Part shown: positions 47,926-56,720 of the stretch, piece after piece
Position numbering within the stretch: the first letter of the stretch is position 1
How the letters are laid out: each line of letters begins with the position of its first letter
From: a virus
DNA: 64,000 nucleotides
Strand: one strand, 5' to 3'
IMG/VR virus record: IMGVR_UViG_3300043777_000086
Coordinates: 32,001 to 96,000 of that record
The notes under the pieces: generated by a model
The model's database searches: none
What the model saw: the letters and a program-made list of their open reading frames with translations, nothing else
Told to the model about the DNA's origin: nothing
Program-made: the position numbers and the translations under genes

Positions 47926-48105
47926 TCAGTTAACGCTAGGCCTCTCGACTAGAATACTAGGGTAGTTCGGTAGAGCGACGAATACTTTACCGTTGACGAC
48001 TTGAGCTGCCGGTAGCCCTTGGAACACCGGACAGAGGCTAAGGTGCGACGGCTCAGTTTCGGGCGTCAGGTCGTATTGCAAGTGGCACCAAGGACATTCT
48101 TTCAC
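47926..48105 (-). CDS. 59-aa C2HC zinc-finger protein
   Basis: Not in ORF track: MKECPWCH...SHLSLCP...; GGAGGT RBS, GTGA overlap. Confidence 0.65.
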   Translation of the reverse strand: MKECPWCHLQYDLTPETEPSHLSLCPVFQGLPAAQVVNGKVFVALPNYPSILVERPSVN

Positions 48106-48968
48106 TGGACCACCTCCGGCACTAGTGCCACCTTCGCCTTCGCCGCGGCCTTGGCCGCCTCAAGTGACATCGGCGGCGTGTTGACATCAGGAAAATTCAG
48201 CCGGTGCGCCGGGCAGCCGTGGAAGCGCATGACGGCGTCAAAGAAGATCGCGGCTTCGGTTTCGGTGTCGAAGCGACCAATGTATTGGGATTCCTGATTC
48301 AGGTAGGTCATGGCCATCCATTTGTCGCCGGAGGGGTAGACGCCCTTATACTTAGAAGCGCGCGTCGCTCTGCGGGTCATCCCGCTTTCGCGCTGGAGCT
48401 GTTCGGGGGATGCTGGTATGGAATGCAATTCTGGATGATTTAGCCGAGCCTCTGGGCCGACCAAGTAGAGCATGGCCCGATCATGGGCTATAGCTGCTTC
48501 TAGCTCTGTGTCATAACTACCCAGAAAGTACTGCTTGTAGTCTTTGTGGGCGACTGCGCGATAACGCTCCATCTTGGGTTTCTTTACGACTCCCATGAGC
48601 GGATCTCTGCCTTGATAGTGGACCTCACCCACGGCAATTGAGGCGACCCTCGGGGGGTGAGACTTACGCATGTTCTGCATATTCTGTTGATGAGTGACGA
48701 CGCGCAGATTAGCTCTGCGATTATCGAGGCCGCCCCCATTCCAGTGGTCGACCTCTTTACCTGACGGCGGATTCATTATCAGTGTGTGCATAAACAGTAA
48801 GCTCGAGTGGCCCTTATTCCCTTCCCTTGCGGGGATGAACGTTACCGCATACACATTGTTGCGATTGCGCTTGGCGCTCCAGTGATAGCTGAGTATCAAG
48901 TCTCGATCCTGGTGATCGAACAACACGGCCTCTCCGGTCTTTAGGATAAGCATTTCCGTTGGTTTCAT
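48102..48968 (-). CDS. HNH-AP2 homing endonuclease with two AP2 domains
   Basis: MHTLIM...VDHWNGGGLDNRRANLR; FLGSYDTELEAAIAHD...ARLN; SKYKGV...YIGRFDTETEAA...LNFP. Confidence 0.92.
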   Translation of the reverse strand: MKPTEMLILKTGEAVLFDHQDRDLILSYHWSAKRNRNNVYAVTFIPAREGNKGHSSLLFMHTLIMNPPSGKEVDHWNGGGLDNRRANLRVVTHQQNMQNMRKSHPPRVASIAVGEVHYQGRDPLMGVVKKPKMERYRAVAHKDYKQYFLGSYDTELEAAIAHDRAMLYLVGPEARLNHPELHSIPASPEQLQRESGMTRRATRASKYKGVYPSGDKWMAMTYLNQESQYIGRFDTETEAAIFFDAVMRFHGCPAHRLNFPDVNTPPMSLEAAKAAAKAKVALVPEVVQ

Positions 48969-48975
48969 GTGTTCG

Positions 48976-49004
48976 ATAATACATCAACTTAATCCTTAAT
49001 GCAA
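48976..49004 (-). promoter_or_regulatory. Sigma70 promoter, leaderless, for HNH-AP2
   Basis: TTGCAT-17-TATTAT, 7 nt before ATG, no SD. Confidence 0.7.
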
Positions 49005-49021
49005 TAACTAAGTTACTGAAA

Positions 49022-50197
49022 CTAAAAGCTCCAATCCAACTGCGACGGCTCGTGCCTCAGCCAGAAGGCGCTATTCTCTCCCGGCCCGCCGAGGAGCGAC
49101 GCGTACTGATTCTTGTAATCCTGGATCGCCAGGGTCTCATCTGCGTTAATCGCCGCGATCAGATCCTCCTTAGCCCAGCGCTCATAATCCTTGGCTAGTC
49201 TCGGATCAAAGAACGGATCATCCTTAGAGGTCCTGGTGGACAGCGCCTTCGATGCGGCCATATTCGTGAAGATCGTGGGCTCTAGGAACGGCGGCGGCAG
49301 GGAATCGTCGGTGATCATCTCAGGCCACTGTAATGAAGCCAGGAATGCGATCTGGCGCTGGCTGGTTGGGCCTGGGTAGATCTCCCACTGCATGAATCCA
49401 GCGGCACTGGGGCCGCGGGAGGCGAAGGCAATCGGATCTGAGTTGTCACTCCGCTGCGGATCCCGGATATCCAATTCCTCCTGGGTCATGTCGGTGTCGA
49501 GAGGGATCCCCTGTTGCTGATCTACGGCTGCGACGATCTTCCGGATGTTGGCATTATTAGAGCTGGCTAGGATCGAATAATACATCCCCATGATGTAGTA
49601 GTTAACGCCTACCAGGGGGAGCCCTCCCCATGGGGAGTCGATCAGAAGCGTCGTCGGCGTGGGCACCGCCAGAATAGTGAACACAGGGTACTGGTAGCCG
49701 GTCCGGAGTTGCTGACCAACGAGTGAAGACTGAACGGCTGTCGCGCCAGCGTTGTGTGCGAATTGGAACAACCCAACAACCGAATTCCCTTTAATTAGGT
49801 TGATTGGGACTGCCTCGGCGCTTGGGGTGCCTCCGTCTATATACAGTACGCCGTCAGGCTGTAACCCCAGCACGCTCGTGAGTTGGACCTCAGAGAACCC
49901 TCCAGGCGCCGTGACCGGCTCAGCGAGTGTGGTATTCACGATGTCGTTAGTTGGCCACCCCGTGCCGACGCCGACCACCTGTTTTGACCCTGTGGCGATC
50001 GAGATCGTACCCGTGATGGTCTGGTTCGGTACCGATACAATCCCTGATTTCCTCAGGTCAACCCAATACGGCCGCTTATTGATCACCCAGCGAATCGCAT
50101 CGTTGATGTACTGACGATAGCGCTCTCGTCCGAGGCTCGGCCTCACAGCCTGAACTCTTCCGATCATTGAGTAAAGATTTTCAGAAGTGAACGCCAT
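49022..50197 (-). CDS. Head-tail adaptor paralogue 1 with inserted beta domain
   Basis: YINDA N-terminal helix, TGTISIATGS...GTGW insertion, EIYPGP, DDSLPP C-terminal helices. Confidence 0.7.
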   Translation of the reverse strand: MAFTSENLYSMIGRVQAVRPSLGRERYRQYINDAIRWVINKRPYWVDLRKSGIVSVPNQTITGTISIATGSKQVVGVGTGWPTNDIVNTTLAEPVTAPGGFSEVQLTSVLGLQPDGVLYIDGGTPSAEAVPINLIKGNSVVGLFQFAHNAGATAVQSSLVGQQLRTGYQYPVFTILAVPTPTTLLIDSPWGGLPLVGVNYYIMGMYYSILASSNNANIRKIVAAVDQQQGIPLDTDMTQEELDIRDPQRSDNSDPIAFASRGPSAAGFMQWEIYPGPTSQRQIAFLASLQWPEMITDDSLPPPFLEPTIFTNMAASKALSTRTSKDDPFFDPRLAKDYERWAKEDLIAAINADETLAIQDYKNQYASLLGGPGENSAFWLRHEPSQLDWSF

Positions 50198-50202
50198 AAG
50201 TC

Positions 50203-50234
50203 AAAAACCCCGCCCCGGTCTCCCGAGGCGGGGC
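50203..50234 (-). terminator. Rho-independent terminator after the capsid cluster
   Basis: CCCCGCCTCGG-GAGA-CCGGGGCGGGG followed by TTTTT. Confidence 0.9.
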
Positions 50235-50263
50235 AGATCAATCGTAAGACGCGGACCTAACTT

Positions 50264-50878
50264 CTATGCTAACCCGGAATGCAGTCGATACTTCAACCGC
50301 ACATTCAAGGTGCTTCCGGTGCCGGCCGTGAAGGGCGCCGTGGCGTTCGACAGGACCAGCGGTTCATTTTCCACGGTGGATGCAGCAGCCGAAGCCAGCG
50401 CATCCGTCATCAATGCCACCTGATTAACGGTTGGCGTTGTCAGGAATGTGGCAGCTACCGTTGTCGAAGCCAGAGGCCCTGTATTCGCGCTATAGTACAG
50501 TCCGATGGCCCCGCCTCCGGCAAATACCGCGCTCCCATAAACCAGCTCCAGCAAACAGGAGACCACCTCGATCACCGTACCGGCGCCTTGCGCTGGCACC
50601 AGGACAAGAGGTGTAACGCTCATCGCGTCTACCTGAACCGCCGTGAAGGTGAACGCCACCCCCGCATTACCCTCGACCTCAATCCAGGTTCCCGGTGATC
50701 CAGCGGTTATACAGAACCACCCAAGTACACCACCCAATGAGGGATTGGTGTTCCAGATGAAATCCCCAACATTCAACTGAAGGCCGGCGGTATCGGAAGC
50801 CGAAGCAGGAGGCGCGGTGCCGTAAAACCTCCGATGGCCTTCACCGACCAGATCGTACTGCGATTCCCATACGCTCAT
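50264..50878 (-). CDS. Capsid decoration/head-fibre protein
   Basis: VGDFIWNTNP...GWFC..AGSPGTW knot plus jelly-roll C-domain; between capsid and terminator. Confidence 0.7.
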   Translation of the reverse strand: MSVWESQYDLVGEGHRRFYGTAPPASASDTAGLQLNVGDFIWNTNPSLGGVLGWFCITAGSPGTWIEVEGNAGVAFTFTAVQVDAMSVTPLVLVPAQGAGTVIEVVSCLLELVYGSAVFAGGGAIGLYYSANTGPLASTTVAATFLTTPTVNQVALMTDALASAAASTVENEPLVLSNATAPFTAGTGSTLNVRLKYRLHSGLA

Positions 50879-50887
50879 GCGATCTCC

Positions 50888-51403
50888 TTATCCCACCAGC
50901 GTTGGTGTCGAAACGTTTAGGTACGCGATCGTGATCGTCACCGACCCGGCTGTTGCTGTGCTCAGAGTGGAACTGCCGGGAGTGAAGGTCGCGAGCGGCG
51001 TGAACTGTGCCCGGCCGCCGGCCTTGAATAGCGCGGTCTCCTGGATGTTGGTGTCGCTCACTGTCTGCATGAGAGAAAACGCCGAAGTGAATAGCGTCAG
51101 GCTACCCAATCGACCGAGCGAAACGGTTAGCGAAGAGAACGTACCGGCGAAGGTGACCTGCTCCTTAACCTCGACGCCGATGATCTTCCCGCCCGCAGGG
51201 CTACTCACCACACTGGAAACTCCGGCCGCGCTCGGGATCATGAAGATCGTCGGTGCCCCGGCGCTACCGGTATTATCGGCATCGGTGAGGTTGATGCTCT
51301 GCGCCCCGGACCCCGAGATCGCCTGGAGATCCTTGTAGCTGATGATGAACTGGGTGTAGGAGAGCTTCCCGCCGGCCTGTAGAGCAATGTCTGATCGGTA
51401 CAT
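50888..51403 (-). CDS. Capsid decoration/cement protein
   Basis: Beta-rich, ends TAGSVTITIAY; directly after capsid. Confidence 0.7.
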   Translation of the reverse strand: MYRSDIALQAGGKLSYTQFIISYKDLQAISGSGAQSINLTDADNTGSAGAPTIFMIPSAAGVSSVVSSPAGGKIIGVEVKEQVTFAGTFSSLTVSLGRLGSLTLFTSAFSLMQTVSDTNIQETALFKAGGRAQFTPLATFTPGSSTLSTATAGSVTITIAYLNVSTPTLVG

Positions 51404-51412
51404 AAATTCTCC

Positions 51413-52396
51413 TTAGAACAGGGTTCCCGCCGTGCAGGTGAGCTTTGCGCAAGAGCGCGGATTGGGAAGCAAGAACTGGGTACCGACCAGGTACTGGCCG
51501 GCATAGTCGATCGAGTTAGCAGCTTCCTTGAAGCCTGTGAATCCCCACTGGAATAACGGCACCGTCGAGAAATACCACTCGACGTACTCGGTATTCAGAA
51601 GCCACATAGCGCCCGTCGTTCCGGTGGGCGCGTACCGGTCCATCACAACCTCAGCCGCGTTGAACCGGAATGCCTGGAAGCCCATCTTCCCGACGTCAGT
51701 GTTGGTCATGTCCGGATACCGCTGCAATGGTTGCAGTGAGTTCCAGAACAGGTTCCATCCGTTCGGGGTGGCAGTGATCAGATCCACGTGATCAGCACCC
51801 CAGGCGCTCTGCGTGTATCCATTCTGCACGGCCGCCAAATTGAAGCTGGTGAGATTCGCCACATACGAGTTGAGGCCGCCGACAGAGCCAACCGCCATCA
51901 CATCCGAACGCGTGATCCCGCCGATGGTCGGGTACAGATTGCCGTCATCGACCCAGGCGTTTAACCCTTCGAGGTTAAGGCTCCTGCCTGGATCCTGTGA
52001 GGAGAGAAATAGCGCCGTTCCCAGCAACTCAGCCATGCGCATTCCGGCGTTCTTGAACTTCAGCTCGATCTGGCTGAAGATTGCCGGGTCGCCGTTATTC
52101 AGCATGGCGTCGAAGCCGTAAAGGGTCATATTGACCGCGTAGAGCTTCATGTTGAGCTGGAGCGCAGTCTCGGTCACGACGTAGTCGATGTCGAAAGCCT
52201 GGCCGCGGCCGACCGCATCACCCCACAGCTTCCCAACGGTCAGGACGCGCTGGATCTGGTTGCCGCCCTCAAAACGCTCCATCCGGCGCGTGTGTAGGCG
52301 CGTGAAGGTGGGGCTGTTCTTGTAGACAACCTCGGTCGCCTTCGGCGCGATATAGACCGTCGTGAAAGCGTTTACGTCGACGATTGGAAATGCCAT
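51413..52396 (-). CDS. Major capsid protein (HK97 fold)
   Basis: 327 aa; GGNQI, LEGL...DDG...IGGITR, DLI, LQPLQRY...GF..F.FN.A.V..D, LLNTEY...NPR; AGGGAG RBS. Confidence 0.9.
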   Translation of the reverse strand: MAFPIVDVNAFTTVYIAPKATEVVYKNSPTFTRLHTRRMERFEGGNQIQRVLTVGKLWGDAVGRGQAFDIDYVVTETALQLNMKLYAVNMTLYGFDAMLNNGDPAIFSQIELKFKNAGMRMAELLGTALFLSSQDPGRSLNLEGLNAWVDDGNLYPTIGGITRSDVMAVGSVGGLNSYVANLTSFNLAAVQNGYTQSAWGADHVDLITATPNGWNLFWNSLQPLQRYPDMTNTDVGKMGFQAFRFNAAEVVMDRYAPTGTTGAMWLLNTEYVEWYFSTVPLFQWGFTGFKEAANSIDYAGQYLVGTQFLLPNPRSCAKLTCTAGTLF

Positions 52397-52410
52397 TTCT
52401 CAGATCTCCC

Positions 52411-53334
52411 TTAGTTGGCCTTGCCCGGAATTTTCAGCTCGCCGCGCCGATACATCTCCATCATCCTGGCGCCTAGTACGCCGCTGCCTAGTGGCGCATC
52501 GCCGGCCAGATCCGGCGGCGCGTCTGTCGCGTCAAGGCCCTGGATTTTGCGCTGGAACGGAGGTACCGAAGCACCCCTGCCGTCATCGGTGGGGGACGCC
52601 GCGGAGGTCGTCTTCGCATTGACCGCCTCTTCGCGTGTCTTCAGCTCTGCTTCCTTGGCCGCCAATTCAGCAGCCTTTACCTCGGAACGCTTAGGGGCGA
52701 CGAAGTCGTTATAAGCAGCAGTGAAATTTTTAACCGGAGTCTTGCCGGTCGGATCGCTCGGATCAACCAAGTAGCGTACCCCGTTCGAGACAACGAACTT
52801 CATGAACCCATCCATGTCGAAGTCGTCCGATCCGAACTCCTTCATGTACTTGAGTGGGATCGACGCGGCGCGCGTGAAGAAGAATTCCTGATTGAGGCTC
52901 TGCTGATTCAACTTACCGTCGACCGTCGACACTACCTCATCCTTGGCGCTCTTGACCAGCCCGGTCACGTCGTCCTTTTTGAGGTAGCCCTTGGCGATCA
53001 GTTCTTTTTCAAGCTCTGCAAAATCCATAGGGTCTCCAGTTGGCACGTACGTGCCGGCTTCCATCGAAGCTACCTTACCACGCAGCGTGGCGACTTCCTG
53101 CTCCGCCTGCCACTGCTGCTTGGTCATGCCGTGCTCTTCGTCCCAGTCGCGCGTTCTGAAATCTTCCCACTTCTTAACGAAACTGTCGGCGTTTTCGAAT
53201 GCCGCCTGCGCTCTGTCGAAGTCGGACTTGAGAGTGACCACATTCCCCAGTGGGTATTTGGCGGTCACAGCCAGGAACGTAGACCGGTCCTCTTCGGCCA
53301 TGTTGAGTTGTTTTGCCAGAGCCTCAAAATCCAT
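52411..53334 (-). CDS. Capsid scaffolding protein
   Basis: Helical/coiled coil, AAYND motif, disordered tail; directly upstream of capsid. Confidence 0.75.
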   Translation of the reverse strand: MDFEALAKQLNMAEEDRSTFLAVTAKYPLGNVVTLKSDFDRAQAAFENADSFVKKWEDFRTRDWDEEHGMTKQQWQAEQEVATLRGKVASMEAGTYVPTGDPMDFAELEKELIAKGYLKKDDVTGLVKSAKDEVVSTVDGKLNQQSLNQEFFFTRAASIPLKYMKEFGSDDFDMDGFMKFVVSNGVRYLVDPSDPTGKTPVKNFTAAYNDFVAPKRSEVKAAELAAKEAELKTREEAVNAKTTSAASPTDDGRGASVPPFQRKIQGLDATDAPPDLAGDAPLGSGVLGARMMEMYRRGELKIPGKAN

Positions 53335-53342
53335 GGTTCACC

Positions 53343-53705
53343 TCACGCCGCCGCCGGTGCTGGAGCATCAGTCGGCGAGGTTGCGGGCGGCTGCTCAGGG
53401 GCGGCCGACGAGCCTTGCTGCATCTGTTGCATCGACTGCATCACGGTTTGCTGCATCGACTTGCCGACCTCGATCATTTTCGCCACATCGCCCATCATTG
53501 ATGGCAGGGTCTTGTCCGCCATCTGCGCTATTTTACTCGTTGACTCGGCGATCTTTTTGACCTCGGCCATGATCTCCTGAGTGGCGCGAATGGTGGCGGA
53601 TTGAGACTCGGTCTGCATTTGTCCGACTCTGGACATCAGCGACTGAGGCGGGGCGTCTGATTGTTGACTGCGTATTTCGGGGGGATTAGGGAGCGACGGG
53701 GTCAT
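53343..53705 (-). CDS. Small helical head-morphogenesis protein
   Basis: Q/M-rich helix with Pro-rich ends between portal and scaffold. Confidence 0.6.
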   Translation of the reverse strand: MTPSLPNPPEIRSQQSDAPPQSLMSRVGQMQTESQSATIRATQEIMAEVKKIAESTSKIAQMADKTLPSMMGDVAKMIEVGKSMQQTVMQSMQQMQQGSSAAPEQPPATSPTDAPAPAAA

Positions 53706-53710
53706 TGCTA

Positions 53711-53998
53711 CTAGTCGGCTCCGCTTTTGCTGACTACGCCCTTAGCTTGGTTGGCGAACGGCCAGGTGGCTCCGCCGCGCCGTAGTTCGACTTCATCCGC
53801 GCCGCCCATTTGGACCGGTCCTTTGTTGCCGGGGTCCGAATACGGAGGCTTGATTTCCGATTCGTTGGTGTCGATGTAATCGGCGCCAGCGTATTGGAGT
53901 GGGCCACCAGACCGCTTCTGTGAATCCTCCGGTCGCAGGGGGCTGCTACCCAGATCGATTTCATCACTCGAGCTTTGAATGGTGCCTTTGTATGCCAT
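53711..53998 (-). CDS. Disordered small protein, possible internal head protein
   Basis: Probable start MAYKGT at 53998; upstream region forms a hairpin. Confidence 0.55.
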   Translation of the reverse strand: MAYKGTIQSSSDEIDLGSSPLRPEDSQKRSGGPLQYAGADYIDTNESEIKPPYSDPGNKGPVQMGGADEVELRRGGATWPFANQAKGVVSKSGAD

Positions 53999-54015
53999 GA
54001 GGGTTACAACCTGGA

Positions 54016-54090
54016 ATGCGGCGGGGTTGGATACGCGCAGGGCTCGTCCGTCGCTGTCCGAGCCCTGGCGTGGTTGCGGGATCACCGCAT
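54016..54090 (-). other. Long intercistronic RNA stem-loop
   Basis: CAGGGCTCG/CGAGCCCTG core with outer ACGC/GCGT and ATGCGG/CCGCAT pairs. Confidence 0.55.
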
Positions 54091-54094
54091 CAGA

Positions 54095-54145
54095 CTACTT
54101 GCGGTGCTTTTTGCGCCGGTTGGCGATGGGGCCGAAACTGTTCAT
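54095..54145 (-). CDS. 16-aa basic micropeptide (copy 2)
   Basis: MNSFGPIANRRKKHRK; SD AAGGAAGGGTGAT. Confidence 0.7.
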   Translation of the reverse strand: MNSFGPIANRRKKHRK

Positions 54146-54215
54146 TGCGTATCACCCTTCCTTTCTCGCGACCGACAACGCCAGGCCGCGTAATTTCAAC
54201 AAGATCGATGTGGCG

Positions 54216-54275
54216 CTACCGCATCTTCTTTTCGCGCTTTTTGCGCCGGTCGGCCGTTGGTCCGAAGGAAAACAT
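54216..54275 (-). CDS. 19-aa basic micropeptide (copy 1)
   Basis: MFSFGPTADRRKKREKKMR; SD AAGGATGGAT. Confidence 0.7.
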   Translation of the reverse strand: MFSFGPTADRRKKREKKMR

Positions 54276-54328
54276 CTGCGTATCCATCCTTTCCTGGCCC
54301 GACTACGCCAGGGCCTTTATTTCACATA

Positions 54329-54358
54329 AGAGTAATACGGAATTTGACGTAGCGTCAA
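54329..54358 (-). promoter_or_regulatory. Head-operon promoter overlapped by a palindrome
   Basis: TTGACG-18-TACTCT with AT-rich upstream tract; inverted repeat TTGACG-tag-CGTCAA (54344-54358). Confidence 0.65.
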
Positions 54359-54394
54359 GAAAATAAAATACTTGTGGACGATTAATGAGGAGGA

Positions 54395-56260
54395 TCAGGC
54401 GATTTGAGCGTTGCGTTGACCGCGGCTCATGCGCGGAGTACGGCCGGATTGACCGCCCCCGATGATACCCGCCTGGCGTTCTTTAGTGATGCGCTGGATC
54501 TCCGCAGCCACGTCTCCGATGTCACACTTTTTGAGCAGAGTCTCCAGGCTTAAAGCCCCGGATCTGAATAAGTTAATCGCCTTGATCTGCTCTCGGTCCT
54601 TGTTTGCTCCGTGTAGTGATCCAGGGGATATCGTTACCGTGAAATTCTTCCAGAAGCTATCGCGCGCCTGGTCGGCGGGAACCATGTTAGCGGGATCCCA
54701 AACGTAGTCGTCCCAGGTAACTCCGTCGTTGCCAAGGATATAGTAGCGCTGCTTGCGCGGAAAGTACTGAAGGATATGACTGACGGCAATCTCCCCGGCA
54801 TTGCGAAGCGAGACTTCTATATACCTTCCCTCTAATCGGATCGGGCCGCCTTGAGCGTCCCGGATCTGCTCCATCGTATCCCCGCCGGGAACCTGCTTCT
54901 TTCTAGAAATCGCCTGGACATCCATCGAGCCCGCGTGGCGGTCGAAAATAGAGAGTAGGTATTTGGCGTACTCAAACACGTAAGCCGGGAGGTTCGGCGG
55001 GTCTAGCGGCTTGACGTCTCCGATTTGAGCCGTCGCGTTCATGAGGAGTTTCTGGCCGGGGATCTCCGGGAAGAAGCGGTTCCAGTCGGCTTCATTTACC
55101 GATCCGCGCTTAGCGAGATAAGCCTGATTGATCGCTTTCTTGATCGTGTCGAACACACCGGCTGAGATCTCGTTCATGCCCTGATTGAGAGGCATCAGGG
55201 TGCGGTACTTTGAGAGCCCACCCGGACCCCATACGATCGGATCGAGTACGAACTTTACGAATGGGTAGGCGGTCGACCAATACGGAGAGGTGGTGTCGTA
55301 GAGATCCTCTCGGCCACCGAATACCAATAGGCGTTTACGGGGATAGAGCCGCTCGCCTCGCTTGACGGTGTACCAGTAATTATGCTGGTTGACGTCGTAT
55401 CTCGGATCCTTAACGAGGACATCGTGCAGGGATTCATTGGTCTGCCCGTCCTCGAACCAGATCTCCTCGAGTTCCGCTACCGGGAAGGTGTCGGTGTCCC
55501 GGCTCATCCCGTATTGTGGCGCCCGGTCTTTCATCATGTGGCGCATTGATGGAGAAAGGCGGGACCATGAGTACTCCGACATCATCATGTTCGGGTGGTA
55601 ATTCGATTCGTTTGGCTTGTATTGCTCCGACCCGCTACGCATCACCTTTTCAGCGACTGCGCGCCCCCACTTCTCGATAAAGTACTGAATGGGCTTGAAT
55701 ACCGTATAGCGAATCGCGCTCGATTCCTGGAGGTCCGAGGCGCAGTTGATTGGCATCACCGCGTCCATCCCGAGTGCGATTGCATTGAGACGGCCCAGCG
55801 ACGCGTTGATCTTCCAGTACCCTACCGAGAGCATCGCGTGGTCGAGCACTTCCGCCAGCCGTAGATCGAGATCCGACTTGATCCACTCGTGGATAATCAT
55901 CTTCGAGAGGATCTCGGCTGTCGTCGGCCAGGGTTCGGCCTTAACGGAAACACTCGGGCGAACGTCGGTGTACTGCGCTAAGGTCTCTCGCCGCGCGCGG
56001 TTAAGGTGGTTGTCTACGAACTTGGATCTAAACTGGGGTCGCTTCGCCGGCCACATCTCCCCCATCAGGGCTCGAATGTATTCGTTTAATTTAGCCCACT
56101 CCTTGTTTTGCTTCAGCTCCCTCGTGGCCTGTTCTCTAGTCCCCTCCCGGAAGGAGCGGAGCTTCGCTGAGTAACGATCCGTGAAGTCGGGAGATCCGCT
56201 CTTAGGTCGGTAGATAGGTCCGCGCGGAGCGTTATCAATGAGGGTGGAGCTGGGGGTCAT
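54395..56260 (-). CDS. Portal protein (P22 gp1-like)
   Basis: 621 aa between TerL and scaffold; FVDNH...RP, VGYWK, YPFV...WG, PLNQ..N, F.VTI.PGS. Confidence 0.88.
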   Translation of the reverse strand: MTPSSTLIDNAPRGPIYRPKSGSPDFTDRYSAKLRSFREGTREQATRELKQNKEWAKLNEYIRALMGEMWPAKRPQFRSKFVDNHLNRARRETLAQYTDVRPSVSVKAEPWPTTAEILSKMIIHEWIKSDLDLRLAEVLDHAMLSVGYWKINASLGRLNAIALGMDAVMPINCASDLQESSAIRYTVFKPIQYFIEKWGRAVAEKVMRSGSEQYKPNESNYHPNMMMSEYSWSRLSPSMRHMMKDRAPQYGMSRDTDTFPVAELEEIWFEDGQTNESLHDVLVKDPRYDVNQHNYWYTVKRGERLYPRKRLLVFGGREDLYDTTSPYWSTAYPFVKFVLDPIVWGPGGLSKYRTLMPLNQGMNEISAGVFDTIKKAINQAYLAKRGSVNEADWNRFFPEIPGQKLLMNATAQIGDVKPLDPPNLPAYVFEYAKYLLSIFDRHAGSMDVQAISRKKQVPGGDTMEQIRDAQGGPIRLEGRYIEVSLRNAGEIAVSHILQYFPRKQRYYILGNDGVTWDDYVWDPANMVPADQARDSFWKNFTVTISPGSLHGANKDREQIKAINLFRSGALSLETLLKKCDIGDVAAEIQRITKERQAGIIGGGQSGRTPRMSRGQRNAQIA

Positions 56261-56718
56261 ACGCTCTCCGCCGCCACTTTTTGAGCCTCGTGATTGGAGT
56301 GCTGCACGAACTCCTTAGCCTCTGAGTGAGATCCTGGCTTGAAAGTTTTTCCGTCCGATGAGATGAATCCGGACGACGTGTCACTCGGGAGCGCTAGTCC
56401 CTCGTTGTGGCAATAATCCCGCTGGGCCTGCCAGGTGTCTATGTAAACTGGTTCTGGTTTCCCGCTCACGGTATTGTTCTTCTTCCAGGCCCAGTGACCG
56501 CCGTCCTTCGCGTGGCCGCCCTCGAGGTTTTTGTCGAGATATCGGGATGTAATGGCACCCGAGAATGGCGTAGAGAACCGGCTTACTTGACGCTCAGTAG
56601 GGGATCCGCATTTCGGGCATGGGGGATCCGCGGACTTATATGTACTCGCGAGCCACTCGAATGTGCGCCCCCACCAAGGGCAATCCAACGAGAGGCACGT
56701 ATTTTCAAAGATGGGCGT
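56257..56718 (-). CDS. FmdB-like zinc-ribbon protein, probable ACG start
   Basis: (ACG)PIFENTC...C...FE...PPCPKCGS.TERQVS; AGGAG 7 nt before ACG. Confidence 0.75.
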   Translation of the reverse strand, partial: TPIFENTCLSLDCPWWGRTFEWLASTYKSADPPCPKCGSPTERQVSRFSTPFSGAITSRYLDKNLEGGHAKDGGHWAWKKNNTVSGKPEPVYIDTWQAQRDYCHNEGLALPSDTSSGFISSDGKTFKPGSHSEAKEFVQHSNHEAQKVAAESV

Positions 56719-56720
56719 AC

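Noticed and set aside
47916-49021. Group I intron around the HNH-AP2 gene
   Set aside because: Flanking genes are intact, the HNH has its own promoter, and the downstream gap holds a 59-aa zinc-finger ORF.
15030-54380. GTCCACA motif (DnaA-box-like) in three promoter regions near 15031, 25124 and 54373
   Set aside because: A 7-mer is expected several times by chance in 64 kb and also occurs in coding regions; no clustering as in an origin.
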